A stretch of DNA of 64,000 bases from Planctomycetota bacterium (GTDB lineage Bacteria > Planctomycetota > J058 > J103): NCBI GenBank assembly GCA_026004615.1, contig BPJM01000001.1:251482-315481 (forward strand), in the 5' to 3' direction. Below are positions 31,021 to 40,429 of the stretch, piece by piece. A model generated the notes under the pieces. That model had not been told where the DNA came from and did not search any database. It was given only the letters and a program-made list of their open reading frames with translations. The position numbers and the translations under genes are program-made. The stretch's first letter is position 1; every line of letters begins with the position of its first letter.

Positions 31021-31076
31021 GACGTCCCGGGCGCTGCACGGTCAGCCGTGGCTGCCGGCGCCGGTGGAGGAATCCG

Positions 31077-31553
31077 ATGGTGCGGTGCCAGCCCTCCGCC
31101 ATGCGGGCGATCATCGAGCACGCCGAGGAGGGATACCCCGCCGAGGTGTGCGGGCTGCTGCTGGGGCGGCAGGCCGAGCAGGGCTGCACCGTGGAGTGCG
31201 CGCTGCGCGCGCGCAACCTCGAGCCGGCGCGGGCGCGCGAGCGCTACGAGCTCGATCCGCGCGATTATCTCCGCGCCGACGAACAGGCCCGCGCGCAGGG
31301 GCTCGAGATCGTCGGGGTCTACCATTCCCACCCCGATCATCCCGCGCGGCCGTCGGCGACCGACCGCGAGCGGGCGTGGGAGGGCTGGCGCTACCTGATC
31401 GTCGCGGTCGCGGCCGGCCGGGCGCAGCAAGTGCGCGCCTGGCGGCTCGCGGGCGAGGAGTTCCTCGAGGAGCCGATCGCCCCCGGCCCTCCGGGCGAGC
31501 AGCCCGCCGGCGGGCCGGTGCCAGCGAACAGACCCGGCCGGCATCCATGGTGA
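31077..31553 (+). CDS. mec: JAMM/MPN+ metalloprotease (Mec-type, CysO-associated)
   Basis: EVCGLLLG (catalytic Glu) and VGVYHSHPDHPARPSATD (HxH..S..D JAMM motif). It lies adjacent to the Ubl/E1 and cysM genes. Confidence 0.85.
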   Translation: MVRCQPSAMRAIIEHAEEGYPAEVCGLLLGRQAEQGCTVECALRARNLEPARARERYELDPRDYLRADEQARAQGLEIVGVYHSHPDHPARPSATDRERAWEGWRYLIVAVAAGRAQQVRAWRLAGEEFLEEPIAPGPPGEQPAGGPVPANRPGRHPW

Positions 31554-31650
31554 GCGGCAGAGCCCGCCCGCGCTCCGGTCCGGGCAAAGCCGCCCGCACG
31601 GCCGCTGCGGCCGGTCACCGAAAGGAAAAAAGGAAAGGTGGAGAGCTGCG

Positions 31651-33117
31651 ATGGCCATCGTGAGGATTCCGACCCCGCTGCGCAGCCTGGTCGGCGGGGC
31701 CGACGAGGTCGAAGTGGCGGCGGCGAACGTGCGCGAGGCGCTGGAGGAGCTGTCCCGGCGGCACGAGGGCCTGCGGGAGCGGCTGCTCGGCCCGGACGGC
31801 GAGCTGCGCCACTTCGTGAACCTGTACGTGGGCGCCGACGATATCCGCGATCGCGACGGACTGGAGACACCGCTCGCGGAGCGCGACGTGGTCTCGATCG
31901 TGCCCGCGATCGCGGGCGGCCTGCCCGATGTGCGCGCGCTGATGGCGGAGCTGCGCCAGCGGGTGCGCGAGGTGAGCGCCGAGCAGGTGCACGAGCTGCT
32001 GCGCCGCCCGGGCCCCAGGCCCGTGCTCATCGACGTGCGGGAGCCGGACGAGGTCGAGCAGGGCATGATCCCCGGCGCGCTCGCCATCCCGCGCGGACTG
32101 CTCGAGTTCCGCATCGAGCAGGCGGTACCCGACCGCGCCACCCCTATCGTCGTGCACTGCGCGAGCGGCGGCCGCTCGCTGCTCGCGGCGGACAGCCTGC
32201 AGCGGCTCGGCTACCGGGACGTCGCCTCCATGGCGGGCGGCTACCGCGCCTGGGAGCAGGCGGGCTACGAGACGACCCGGCCGTTGCGGCTGAGCCCCGC
32301 GCAGCGCCGCCGCTACCTGCGGCATCTGGCGATCCCGGAGGTCGGCGAGCAGGGCCAGCTGCGGCTGCTCGGCGCCACGGTGCTGCTCGTGGGCGCAGGG
32401 GGCCTGGGCTGCCCGGCGGCCTATTTCCTGGCCGCCGCCGGAGTGGGCCGGCTCGTCATCGTCGATGACGACGTGGTGGACGAGACCAACCTGCAGCGGC
32501 AGATCCTGCACACCGTCGACCGCATCGGCCAGCCGAAGGTGGACTCCGCGCGCCGCCAGCTGCTCGCGCTCAACCCCGACATCGAGGTGGTCGGGGTGCA
32601 GCAGCGGCTGACCAGCGCCAACGTCTCGGAGCTGGTCGCCGCCGCCGATGTGGTGCTCGATGGCTCGGACAACTTCCCCACCCGGTACCTGCTCAACGAC
32701 GCGTGCGTGCTGCACCGCAAGCCCTGCGTGCACGGCAGCGTCTTCCGCTTCGAGGGCCAGGTGACGGTGTTCTGGCCCGGGCGCGGCCCCTGCTACCGGT
32801 GCCTGTATCCGGCGCCGCCGCCCCCGGAGCTGGCGCCCTCGTGTGCGGAAGCAGGGGTGCTCGGGGTGCTGCCCGGGGTGATCGGGCTGCTCGAGGCGGT
32901 GGAGGTGATCAAGATCATCCTCGGCCAGGGCGAACCGCTGGTCGGCCGCCTGCTCACCTACGATGCCCTGCGGGCGCGGTTCACCGAGCTGCGCACCCGG
33001 CGCGATCCGGACTGCGCCTACTGCGGCGAGGGCCGTCCCTTCCCGGGCTTCATCGACTACGAGCAGTTCTGCGCCAGCGCGGGTGCAGGCCAGCCGGCCG
33101 CGCCCGCAGCGCGCTGA
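31651..33117 (+). CDS. triple fusion: CysO/MoaD-like ubiquitin-fold sulfur carrier (aa 1-90, ending AIAGG) + rhodanese + MoeB/ThiF-type E1 adenylyltransferase (MoeZ-like)
   Basis: MAIVRIPTPLR..HFVNLYVGADDI..VSIVPAIAGG (beta-grasp ending in GG at 31915-31920) runs straight on, with no stop, into a rhodanese domain (VLIDVREPDE..IVVHCASGGRS active loop). Then an E1 domain: LLVGAGGLGCPAAYFLAAAGVGRLVIVDDDVVDETNLQRQ, CYRC and CAYC zinc pairs, PSCAEAGVLG. Confidence 0.85.
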   Translation: MAIVRIPTPLRSLVGGADEVEVAAANVREALEELSRRHEGLRERLLGPDGELRHFVNLYVGADDIRDRDGLETPLAERDVVSIVPAIAGGLPDVRALMAELRQRVREVSAEQVHELLRRPGPRPVLIDVREPDEVEQGMIPGALAIPRGLLEFRIEQAVPDRATPIVVHCASGGRSLLAADSLQRLGYRDVASMAGGYRAWEQAGYETTRPLRLSPAQRRRYLRHLAIPEVGEQGQLRLLGATVLLVGAGGLGCPAAYFLAAAGVGRLVIVDDDVVDETNLQRQILHTVDRIGQPKVDSARRQLLALNPDIEVVGVQQRLTSANVSELVAAADVVLDGSDNFPTRYLLNDACVLHRKPCVHGSVFRFEGQVTVFWPGRGPCYRCLYPAPPPPELAPSCAEAGVLGVLPGVIGLLEAVEVIKIILGQGEPLVGRLLTYDALRARFTELRTRRDPDCAYCGEGRPFPGFIDYEQFCASAGAGQPAAPAAR

Positions 33118-33130
33118 GGCGGCAGCGCCC

Positions 33131-34189
33131 ATGGCTCGCCGCCCGCCGGCGGAGCCGGCCCCCGGGCCCGGGCAGCGCGGCAGCGCGCCACCGGCGACCG
33201 GCCTCGACCTTCGTACCGCTCCGGCGCTCGCGGAGCTCCCGGTGCGCCCGGGCCCGGGCCTGCCGCCCGAGCCCCGCTACCGCGAGCTGCTGGCGCGCCA
33301 CCCGGTGCTGGCGCTGATCGGCAACACGCCGCTGGTGCGGATCGATCTGTTCCGCGAGGAGCTGCCCGGGGTCGAGATCTGGGCCAAGGCCGAGTTCCTC
33401 AATCCGGGCGGCTCGCTCAAGGATCGCCCCGTGCTGCGGATGCTGGCGGAGGCCTGGCTGGCGGGCGCGCTCGCCGGCCGTACCGTGATCGACTCCTCCT
33501 CGGGCAACGCCGGCATCGCGTACGCGATGATCGGTGGCTTGCTCGGGGTCGCGATCGAGCTGGTGGTGCCGGGCAACGCCTCCGCCGAACGCCAGCAGCG
33601 GATCGTGGCGCACGGCGCGCAGCTGCGGCTGACCGATCCGCTGCTCGGCTACGACGAGGCCTTGCGCGAGGCGCACCGGCGCGCCGCCGCCGAGCCGGAC
33701 CGGTATTACCTGGCGGATCAGTACGCCAACCCCCACAACTGGCTCGCCCACTATCACGGCACCGCCGCCGAGATCCTGGCGCAGACCGGGGGCGAACTCA
33801 CCGACTTCGTGGCCGGCGTCGGTACCGGCGGCACCATCACCGGCTGTGGCCGCCGGCTCAAGGAGCACGACCCGCGCATCGAGGTGAGCTGCGTGCGCCC
33901 GGAGAGCTTCCCCGGCATCGAGGGGCTCAAGCCGCTCGGCGCGCCGGGCGACATCGTGCCGGCGATCCTGGACCAGGGCGTGATCGACCGCTGGATCGAG
34001 GTGCGGAGCGAGGACGCCCGCGCGGTCTGCCGGGCGCTGGCGCGCCAGGGGCTGTTCGTGGGGCTGAGCTCGGGGGCGTATCTGTATGCCGCGCGCGAGG
34101 TGGCGCGCCTGCGGGGCCGCGGCCGTATCGTGACCCTGCTCAACGACACCGGCGAGCGCTACTTCTCGACGCGGCTCTGGCAGACCTGA
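33131..34189 (+). CDS. cysM: cysteine synthase B-type PLP enzyme (CysM-like, thiocarboxylate-dependent)
   Basis: GNTPLVRI, AEFLNPGGSLKDRP (PLP lysine), DSSSGNAGIA, GVGTGGTITG, GLSSGA. The start at 33131 gives a low-complexity N-extension, so the true start may be further downstream. Confidence 0.88.
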   Translation: MARRPPAEPAPGPGQRGSAPPATGLDLRTAPALAELPVRPGPGLPPEPRYRELLARHPVLALIGNTPLVRIDLFREELPGVEIWAKAEFLNPGGSLKDRPVLRMLAEAWLAGALAGRTVIDSSSGNAGIAYAMIGGLLGVAIELVVPGNASAERQQRIVAHGAQLRLTDPLLGYDEALREAHRRAAAEPDRYYLADQYANPHNWLAHYHGTAAEILAQTGGELTDFVAGVGTGGTITGCGRRLKEHDPRIEVSCVRPESFPGIEGLKPLGAPGDIVPAILDQGVIDRWIEVRSEDARAVCRALARQGLFVGLSSGAYLYAAREVARLRGRGRIVTLLNDTGERYFSTRLWQT

Positions 34190-34239
34190 GGCACGCGGCA
34201 CAGGCGGACAGGCGCAGAGCGGCACCCGCCTGCGATGCC

Positions 34240-34295
34240 CTCGCCCCCTCACCCTGGCCCTCTCCCCCGCAAGCGGGGGAGAGGGGATCCAGAAG
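34240..34295. repeat. palindromic intergenic repeat, copy 1 (13-bp perfect stem)
   Basis: CCCTCTCCCCCGC-AAG-GCGGGGGAGAGGG at 34258-34286, followed by GATCCAGAAG and preceded by CCCTCGCCCCCTCACCCTGG. Confidence 0.85.
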
Positions 34296-34324
34296 CCCGT
34301 CCCCCTCGTACCGGGTTCGGAGCC

Positions 34325-34370
34325 CCGCTCCACCCTCTCGCCCCCGAGCGGCGAAGAGGGATCCAGCAGC
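34325..34370. repeat. palindromic intergenic repeat, copy 2 (degenerate)
   Basis: CCCTCTCGCCCCCGAGCGGCGAAGAGGG followed by ATCCAGCAG. It has the same architecture as copies 1 and 3 but an imperfect stem. Confidence 0.6.
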
Positions 34371-34482
34371 TGGCCGTGCTGTGGGGATCCAACAGCGCGG
34401 CGCTCGGTCCTGCACCTCCTCGCTCCGCAAAGAGCTCCGGCGCGCCCGCGGCAGTCGCCTTCGCGGCCAACCGCGCGCCTGC

Positions 34483-34541
34483 ACTGCCCCCTCGCCCCGG
34501 CCCTCTCCCCCGCGAGCGGGGGAGAGGGGATCCAGAAGGCA
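34483..34541. repeat. palindromic intergenic repeat, copy 3 (13-bp perfect stem)
   Basis: CCCTCTCCCCCGC-GAG-GCGGGGGAGAGGG at 34501-34529, followed by GATCCAGAAGG and preceded by CCCCCTCGCCCCGG. It ends about 20 nt from the glpK stop. Confidence 0.85.
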
Positions 34542-34559
34542 GCAGCCCGCGCCAGCAGG

Positions 34560-36050
34560 TCAGCGGCTGCGCACCCGCGCCACCGCCTGCTGCCAGCCGC
34601 GGTACAGCGCCTCGCGCCGCTCGGGAGCGAGCCCGGGCTCGAAGCGCCGCTCTGCCTGGTGCACCAGCGGCTCGATCTCGGCGAACGAGCCCCAGAACCC
34701 GGTCGCCAGCCCGCACAGAAACGCCGCCCCGCGCGCGGTGGTCTCGATGTCGGCCGGCCGCACGCACGGCTTGCCGAGCAGGTCGGCCTGCAGCTGGCAC
34801 AACAGCGCGTTCTCCACCGCACCGCCATCGATCCGCAGCTCCGGGATCTCGCGCCCCGAAGCGGCCTCCAGCGCCTCCAGCAGGTCGCGGCTCTGATAGC
34901 AGATCGCCTCCAGCGCCGCCCGCACGATGTGCGCGCGGGTGCTGCCGCGGGTCAACCCCAGGATGGCGCCGCGCGCATCCATGTCCCAGTACGGCGCGCC
35001 CAGCCCCGCGAACGCGGGCACGAAATAGACGCCGCCGCTGTCCGGCACCGAGCGCGCGAGCGACTCGCTCTCGGCGGCCGTCTGCAGCACGCCCAGCCCG
35101 TCGCGCAGCCACTGCACGACCGCGCCCGCGATGAACACCGAGCCCTCGAGCGCATACGTGGCCTCGCCGCCCGGCCCGCAGGCGATGGTGGTCACCAGAC
35201 CGCGCGGCTCGGCCGGCCGTTCGGAGCCGCACTGGATCAGCGCGAAACAGCCGGTGCCGTAGGTGTTCTTCGAGCTGCCCGGCTCTACGCAGCCCTGCCC
35301 GAACAGCGCCGCCTGCTGGTCGCCGGCGATGCCGCCCAGCGGCACCGGGGCCCCGAGCAGCTCCGGTGCGCTCTCGCCATAGACCTCGGCCGAGCCGACC
35401 ACGCGCGGCAGCATGACCGGCGGCAGCTCGAACAGCGCTGCCAGATCCTCGCAGAAGCACCGCTGCTCGATGTCGTACAGCAGCGTGCGCGAGGCGTTCG
35501 TCGGGTCGGTCACATGCGCGCGGCCGCCGCTCAGCCGAAACGCCAGCCAGCTGTCGATCGTGCCGCAGCACAGCTCCTCGGGTGCCTGGCGCACGCGCCG
35601 GCGGATCTCCCCGTGGTGCCGGATCAGCCACTGCAGCTTGGTCCCGCTGAAGTACGCATCGAGCAGCAGCCCCGTGCGCCGCCGCAGCTCGGCACCGTGG
35701 CCCGCCGCCTCGTGCTCCTGGCACAGATCGCGCGTCCGCCGGTCCTGCCACACGATCGCGCGCCCGAGCGGCCGGCCGCCCTGGCGCTCCCAGATCAGAG
35801 CGGTCTCGCGCTGGTTGGTGATCCCGATCCCCGCCACCGCGGCGGGCCCGCCCACCTCGCGCACGACCTCCTGCAACAGCCCGCGCGTGACCGACCAGAT
35901 CTCCTCGGCGTCGTGCTCCACCCAGCCCGGCTGCGGGTAGTGCTGCGCGAACTCCCGGTAGCGGCTGTGCACCCGTTGCGCCTGGCGATCGTACGCGTTG
36001 ACCCGGATGCCGGTGGTCCCGGCATCGATCGCGATCACGTGCTCGGGCAT
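34560..36050 (-). CDS. glpK: glycerol kinase
   Basis: ATG at 36050. IAIDAGTTGIR, GWVEHDAEEIW, GITNQRETALIWE, DAYFSGTKLQW, GIAGDQQAALFGQ, NTYGTGCF, ..GGAVEN. Full-length FGGY kinase. Confidence 0.93.
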   Translation of the reverse strand: MPEHVIAIDAGTTGIRVNAYDRQAQRVHSRYREFAQHYPQPGWVEHDAEEIWSVTRGLLQEVVREVGGPAAVAGIGITNQRETALIWERQGGRPLGRAIVWQDRRTRDLCQEHEAAGHGAELRRRTGLLLDAYFSGTKLQWLIRHHGEIRRRVRQAPEELCCGTIDSWLAFRLSGGRAHVTDPTNASRTLLYDIEQRCFCEDLAALFELPPVMLPRVVGSAEVYGESAPELLGAPVPLGGIAGDQQAALFGQGCVEPGSSKNTYGTGCFALIQCGSERPAEPRGLVTTIACGPGGEATYALEGSVFIAGAVVQWLRDGLGVLQTAAESESLARSVPDSGGVYFVPAFAGLGAPYWDMDARGAILGLTRGSTRAHIVRAALEAICYQSRDLLEALEAASGREIPELRIDGGAVENALLCQLQADLLGKPCVRPADIETTARGAAFLCGLATGFWGSFAEIEPLVHQAERRFEPGLAPERREALYRGWQQAVARVRSR

Positions 36051-36337
36051 GAGCCGATCTCCCCCACGTACTCCCCGGCCGCGGCTGCTCGGCTGCGTAG
36101 CTAACCCCCGGCGCCAGACCGCGTCAAGGCTCGGCCGCGCCCGGCGCGCCGCCCCCGCGGGCGCAGGCGCGCAGCCGGGGCGCGCCGGAGCCGGAGGCGG
36201 CGCCGACCGGGGTCCGCTTGACGGCATCCCGCCGTCGGACGAGCATGGGCGGGGCACCGCCGGGCGGCAATAGCGGTGTGGGAGGCGCCGGGCGGCACAT
36301 CGGCACTGCACGCGAAAACCAAGGGGGGCGGGCGGAC

Positions 36338-36898
36338 ATGGCCGCGATCGCGAACAACCGACTGACGCTGGAGCAGTTCGTGCTGGAGATCGCACGCATC
36401 CCGCGCGAACAGCTCGACCTCGAGGCGCTCCGGGACCTGGTGCGGCGGCTCGATGTGTGCGATGACCTCATCCGCCAGCACATCCGCTTCCGCCCCGACA
36501 GCTACGCCCGCAACCTGGTCTGCCGCACCCCTGCCTTCGACATGCTGGTGCTGTGCTGGCGGCCGGGGCAACAGACCGTCATCCACGACCACGGCGAGTC
36601 GCTCAACGTGACGCGGGTGGTCGGCGGCCGGCTGTGCTCGCGCATGTTCGTGGAAGCCGCCCGCCCCGAGCCGGGGCGGGTGCTCGTGCGCCCGACGGTC
36701 GACGAGCTGCTCGACGGGATGGCGTTCTCCTGCGTGGATGCGGGCGAGATCCACCAGCTCGCCAACACCTCGGAGGCGGATCTGGTCACGCTGCACGTGT
36801 ACGCGCGCCCGCTCAAGGACATCCGCGTCTACTGCCCGAACACCGGGGAAGTCGACACCGTCCGGCTCCGCTACACCCTGGAGGACGACTACGTCTGA
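36338..36898 (+). CDS. cysteine dioxygenase type I-like cupin protein
   Basis: ATG at 36338. ..YARNLVCRTPAFDMLVLCWRPGQQTVIHDHGES.. and ..GEIHQLAN..LVTLHVYARPL fit the CDO-type cupin layout. Substrate unknown. Confidence 0.65.
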   Translation: MAAIANNRLTLEQFVLEIARIPREQLDLEALRDLVRRLDVCDDLIRQHIRFRPDSYARNLVCRTPAFDMLVLCWRPGQQTVIHDHGESLNVTRVVGGRLCSRMFVEAARPEPGRVLVRPTVDELLDGMAFSCVDAGEIHQLANTSEADLVTLHVYARPLKDIRVYCPNTGEVDTVRLRYTLEDDYV

Positions 36899-37038
36899 GG
36901 AGGGCGAAGGCTTCCTGGCGCCCGGGGCGGTGCCCGCGAGGCGGCGCCGGCTCGCCACCCGCTGTTGGGAGCGGCGCGCCGAGCCGCCGCCTCGCCAGAC
37001 CTCCCCGCCCGCCCGCGGTCCCGCCCCCGCGGCCCGCG

Positions 37039-37067
37039 TTGACGGCGCCGGTGCCGTGGCGTATCTT
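37039..37067 (+). promoter_or_regulatory. sigma70-like promoter TTGACG-N17-TATCTT, predicting a leaderless TetR mRNA
   Basis: TTGACG at 37039-37044 and TATCTT at 37062-37067 with a 17-nt spacer. The TetR ATG (37075) lies 7-8 nt after the -10 box and has no room for an RBS. Confidence 0.45.
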
Positions 37068-37074
37068 CCCGCGC

Positions 37075-37677
37075 ATGGCGCGCAGCGGCGCGAGCAGGCG
37101 CGAGCGGATCGTCGAAGCGGCGGCGCAGATCGCCTCGCACCGCGGGCTCAAGGGCACCAGCCTCAGCCGCATCGCGGAGCGCGCCGGGCTGACCAAGAGC
37201 GGCCTGGTCGCGCACTTCCCCTCCAAGGAGGAGCTGACGCTGGCGGTCATCGACCACGCGGCGAACGTGTTCGGCCGCCAGGTGCTCAAGGGCATCGACC
37301 ACAGCCGGCCGGCGCGCGAGCGGCTGCTCGACATGTTCGAGCGTTACCGGCGCTACGTGGTCGAGGAGACCTTCGAAGGAGGCTGCCTGTTCCTCGCCAT
37401 GACCGTGGAGATCGACGACGCCAGCCCGCGCGAGCGCGAGCGCATCACCCACTACATGACGGTCTGGCGCGACTGGGTGGCGCGGGTGGTGCGGGACGGC
37501 ATCGCGCGGGGGGAACTCCGCCCGGACACGCAACCCGAAGGGGTGGCGGCCGCGATGCTGGCGCTCTGCCTCGGCATGGGTCCGGTGAGCCGCATCTTTC
37601 GCGCCCCGGAGTACTTCGAGCACGCCCGCGCGGCCGCGGTGCGCTATCTGGACGGCCTGGCGCCTGGCACCCCCTGA
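37075..37677 (+). CDS. TetR/AcrR-family transcriptional regulator
   Basis: RRERIVEAAAQIASHRGLKGTSLSRIAERAGLTKSGLVAHFPSKEEL is the TetR HTH. The C-terminal domain is helical and ligand-binding-like. Confidence 0.9.
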   Translation: MARSGASRRERIVEAAAQIASHRGLKGTSLSRIAERAGLTKSGLVAHFPSKEELTLAVIDHAANVFGRQVLKGIDHSRPARERLLDMFERYRRYVVEETFEGGCLFLAMTVEIDDASPRERERITHYMTVWRDWVARVVRDGIARGELRPDTQPEGVAAAMLALCLGMGPVSRIFRAPEYFEHARAAAVRYLDGLAPGTP

Positions 37678-37731
37678 GTCGCTCCTCCACGAGCGCCGCG
37701 GCGGGCGAGCAGAGCTGCGGCACGCGCCGCG

Positions 37732-39543
<1,812 letters not shown>

Positions 39544-39559
39544 GCGCGCGCCATCCCTC

Positions 39560-40426
39560 TCACCGTTGCGCCTCGTCGATGCGGTCACACACCGCAAAGT
39601 GGTACACGAAGGCGAGCAGGGCTGCGAGCACCAGCAGTACCGCGCCGCCCCAGCCCGGCCGCAATCCCATGAGCACCAGCCCGCACAGCACGCTCGCGCC
39701 CACCAGCCCGGCAAGCAGCCAGGCATTCGCCCGATTGCTGCGCCGCCGGACCACGGCGACCACGACCGGATGGAGCGCAAACGGCAGGCCGCCGGTGAAC
39801 AACAACCAGACGAGCAACCGCACCAGGCCCGAGAACGACCGCATCGTCGCATCCAGCCAGTCCACGGACCACCGGCTGTCGATGCGCCTGGCGCTTCGCA
39901 CCAACCCGCCGGGGACCTCCGCCTCGTCGCGCAGCCGGATCAGCCGCGCGCGCAGCTCGACCTCGGCCCCGAGGCCCCGGCGCCCGTCGGTGAATGCTCC
40001 CAGCTCGGAGAACAGCACTCCTTCCACCAGCTCGTCGCCTGCGGCCAGCGCGCGGCCGAGCTCGATCGCCTGCTCGCGGTTTGCCGGCGCCGCGCCGCCG
40101 AACCGCTCGGCGACGACCTCGCGCACCCGCCCCAGCCCGACCAGAAAATAGAGTTCCCGGTCCTCGACCGCCTCGTAGAGCAGGTCCGTCACCCGCCCGT
40201 CGAGGTCGCGGTATACCGGCGCCACCACCAGCTTGCGGATCTCGTCGCGCCGCGGCAGCGCGGCCGCCACCTCGCGCACCACCCGCTCGGCCAGCACGCG
40301 CCGGTACGGATCCAGCTCGCGCCGGGGCTGCCCGCCGAACAGCTTGCCGGCCAAAAACCAGACCAGCACGCCGGTGGCGGCTGCCAGAAAGGCGATTTCG
40401 ACGATCCGCGCCGCCGTCCGAAACAT
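39560..40426 (-). CDS. polytopic membrane protein, unknown function (cluster member)
   Basis: N-terminal TM (IVEIAFLAAATGVLVWFLAG), a ~170-aa soluble region, then three C-terminal TM helices. There are 16 nt to the downstream kinase gene and 3 nt to the upstream gene. Confidence 0.7.
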   Translation of the reverse strand: MFRTAARIVEIAFLAAATGVLVWFLAGKLFGGQPRRELDPYRRVLAERVVREVAAALPRRDEIRKLVVAPVYRDLDGRVTDLLYEAVEDRELYFLVGLGRVREVVAERFGGAAPANREQAIELGRALAAGDELVEGVLFSELGAFTDGRRGLGAEVELRARLIRLRDEAEVPGGLVRSARRIDSRWSVDWLDATMRSFSGLVRLLVWLLFTGGLPFALHPVVVAVVRRRSNRANAWLLAGLVGASVLCGLVLMGLRPGWGGAVLLVLAALLAFVYHFAVCDRIDEAQR

Positions 40427-40429
40427 GCC

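Noticed and set aside
30801-31076. tRNA-Arg as a possible integration site for a genomic island or prophage.
   Set aside because: There is no integrase, excisionase, direct repeat of the tRNA 3' end, or compositional shift on either side. The flanking genes are ordinary metabolic or stress genes.
31077-34189. Ubl + E1 + JAMM module only ~3.5 kb from the ESCRT-like cluster, considered as a ubiquitin-like tagging arm of the system (as in Asgard ESCRT/ubiquitin loci).
   Set aside because: The module includes a rhodanese and is followed by a CysM-type cysteine synthase. There is no E2 or RING-like gene. It is on the opposite strand and separated by glpK, a cupin and a TetR gene. Sulfur-carrier chemistry explains it fully. 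A link to the cluster cannot be excluded but has no support in the sequence.
34235-35134. 299-aa plus ORF starting in the cysM/glpK spacer (MPSPPHPGPLPRKRGRGDPE..).
   Set aside because: The N-terminus is simply the translated palindromic repeats. The rest is antisense to glpK and low complexity.
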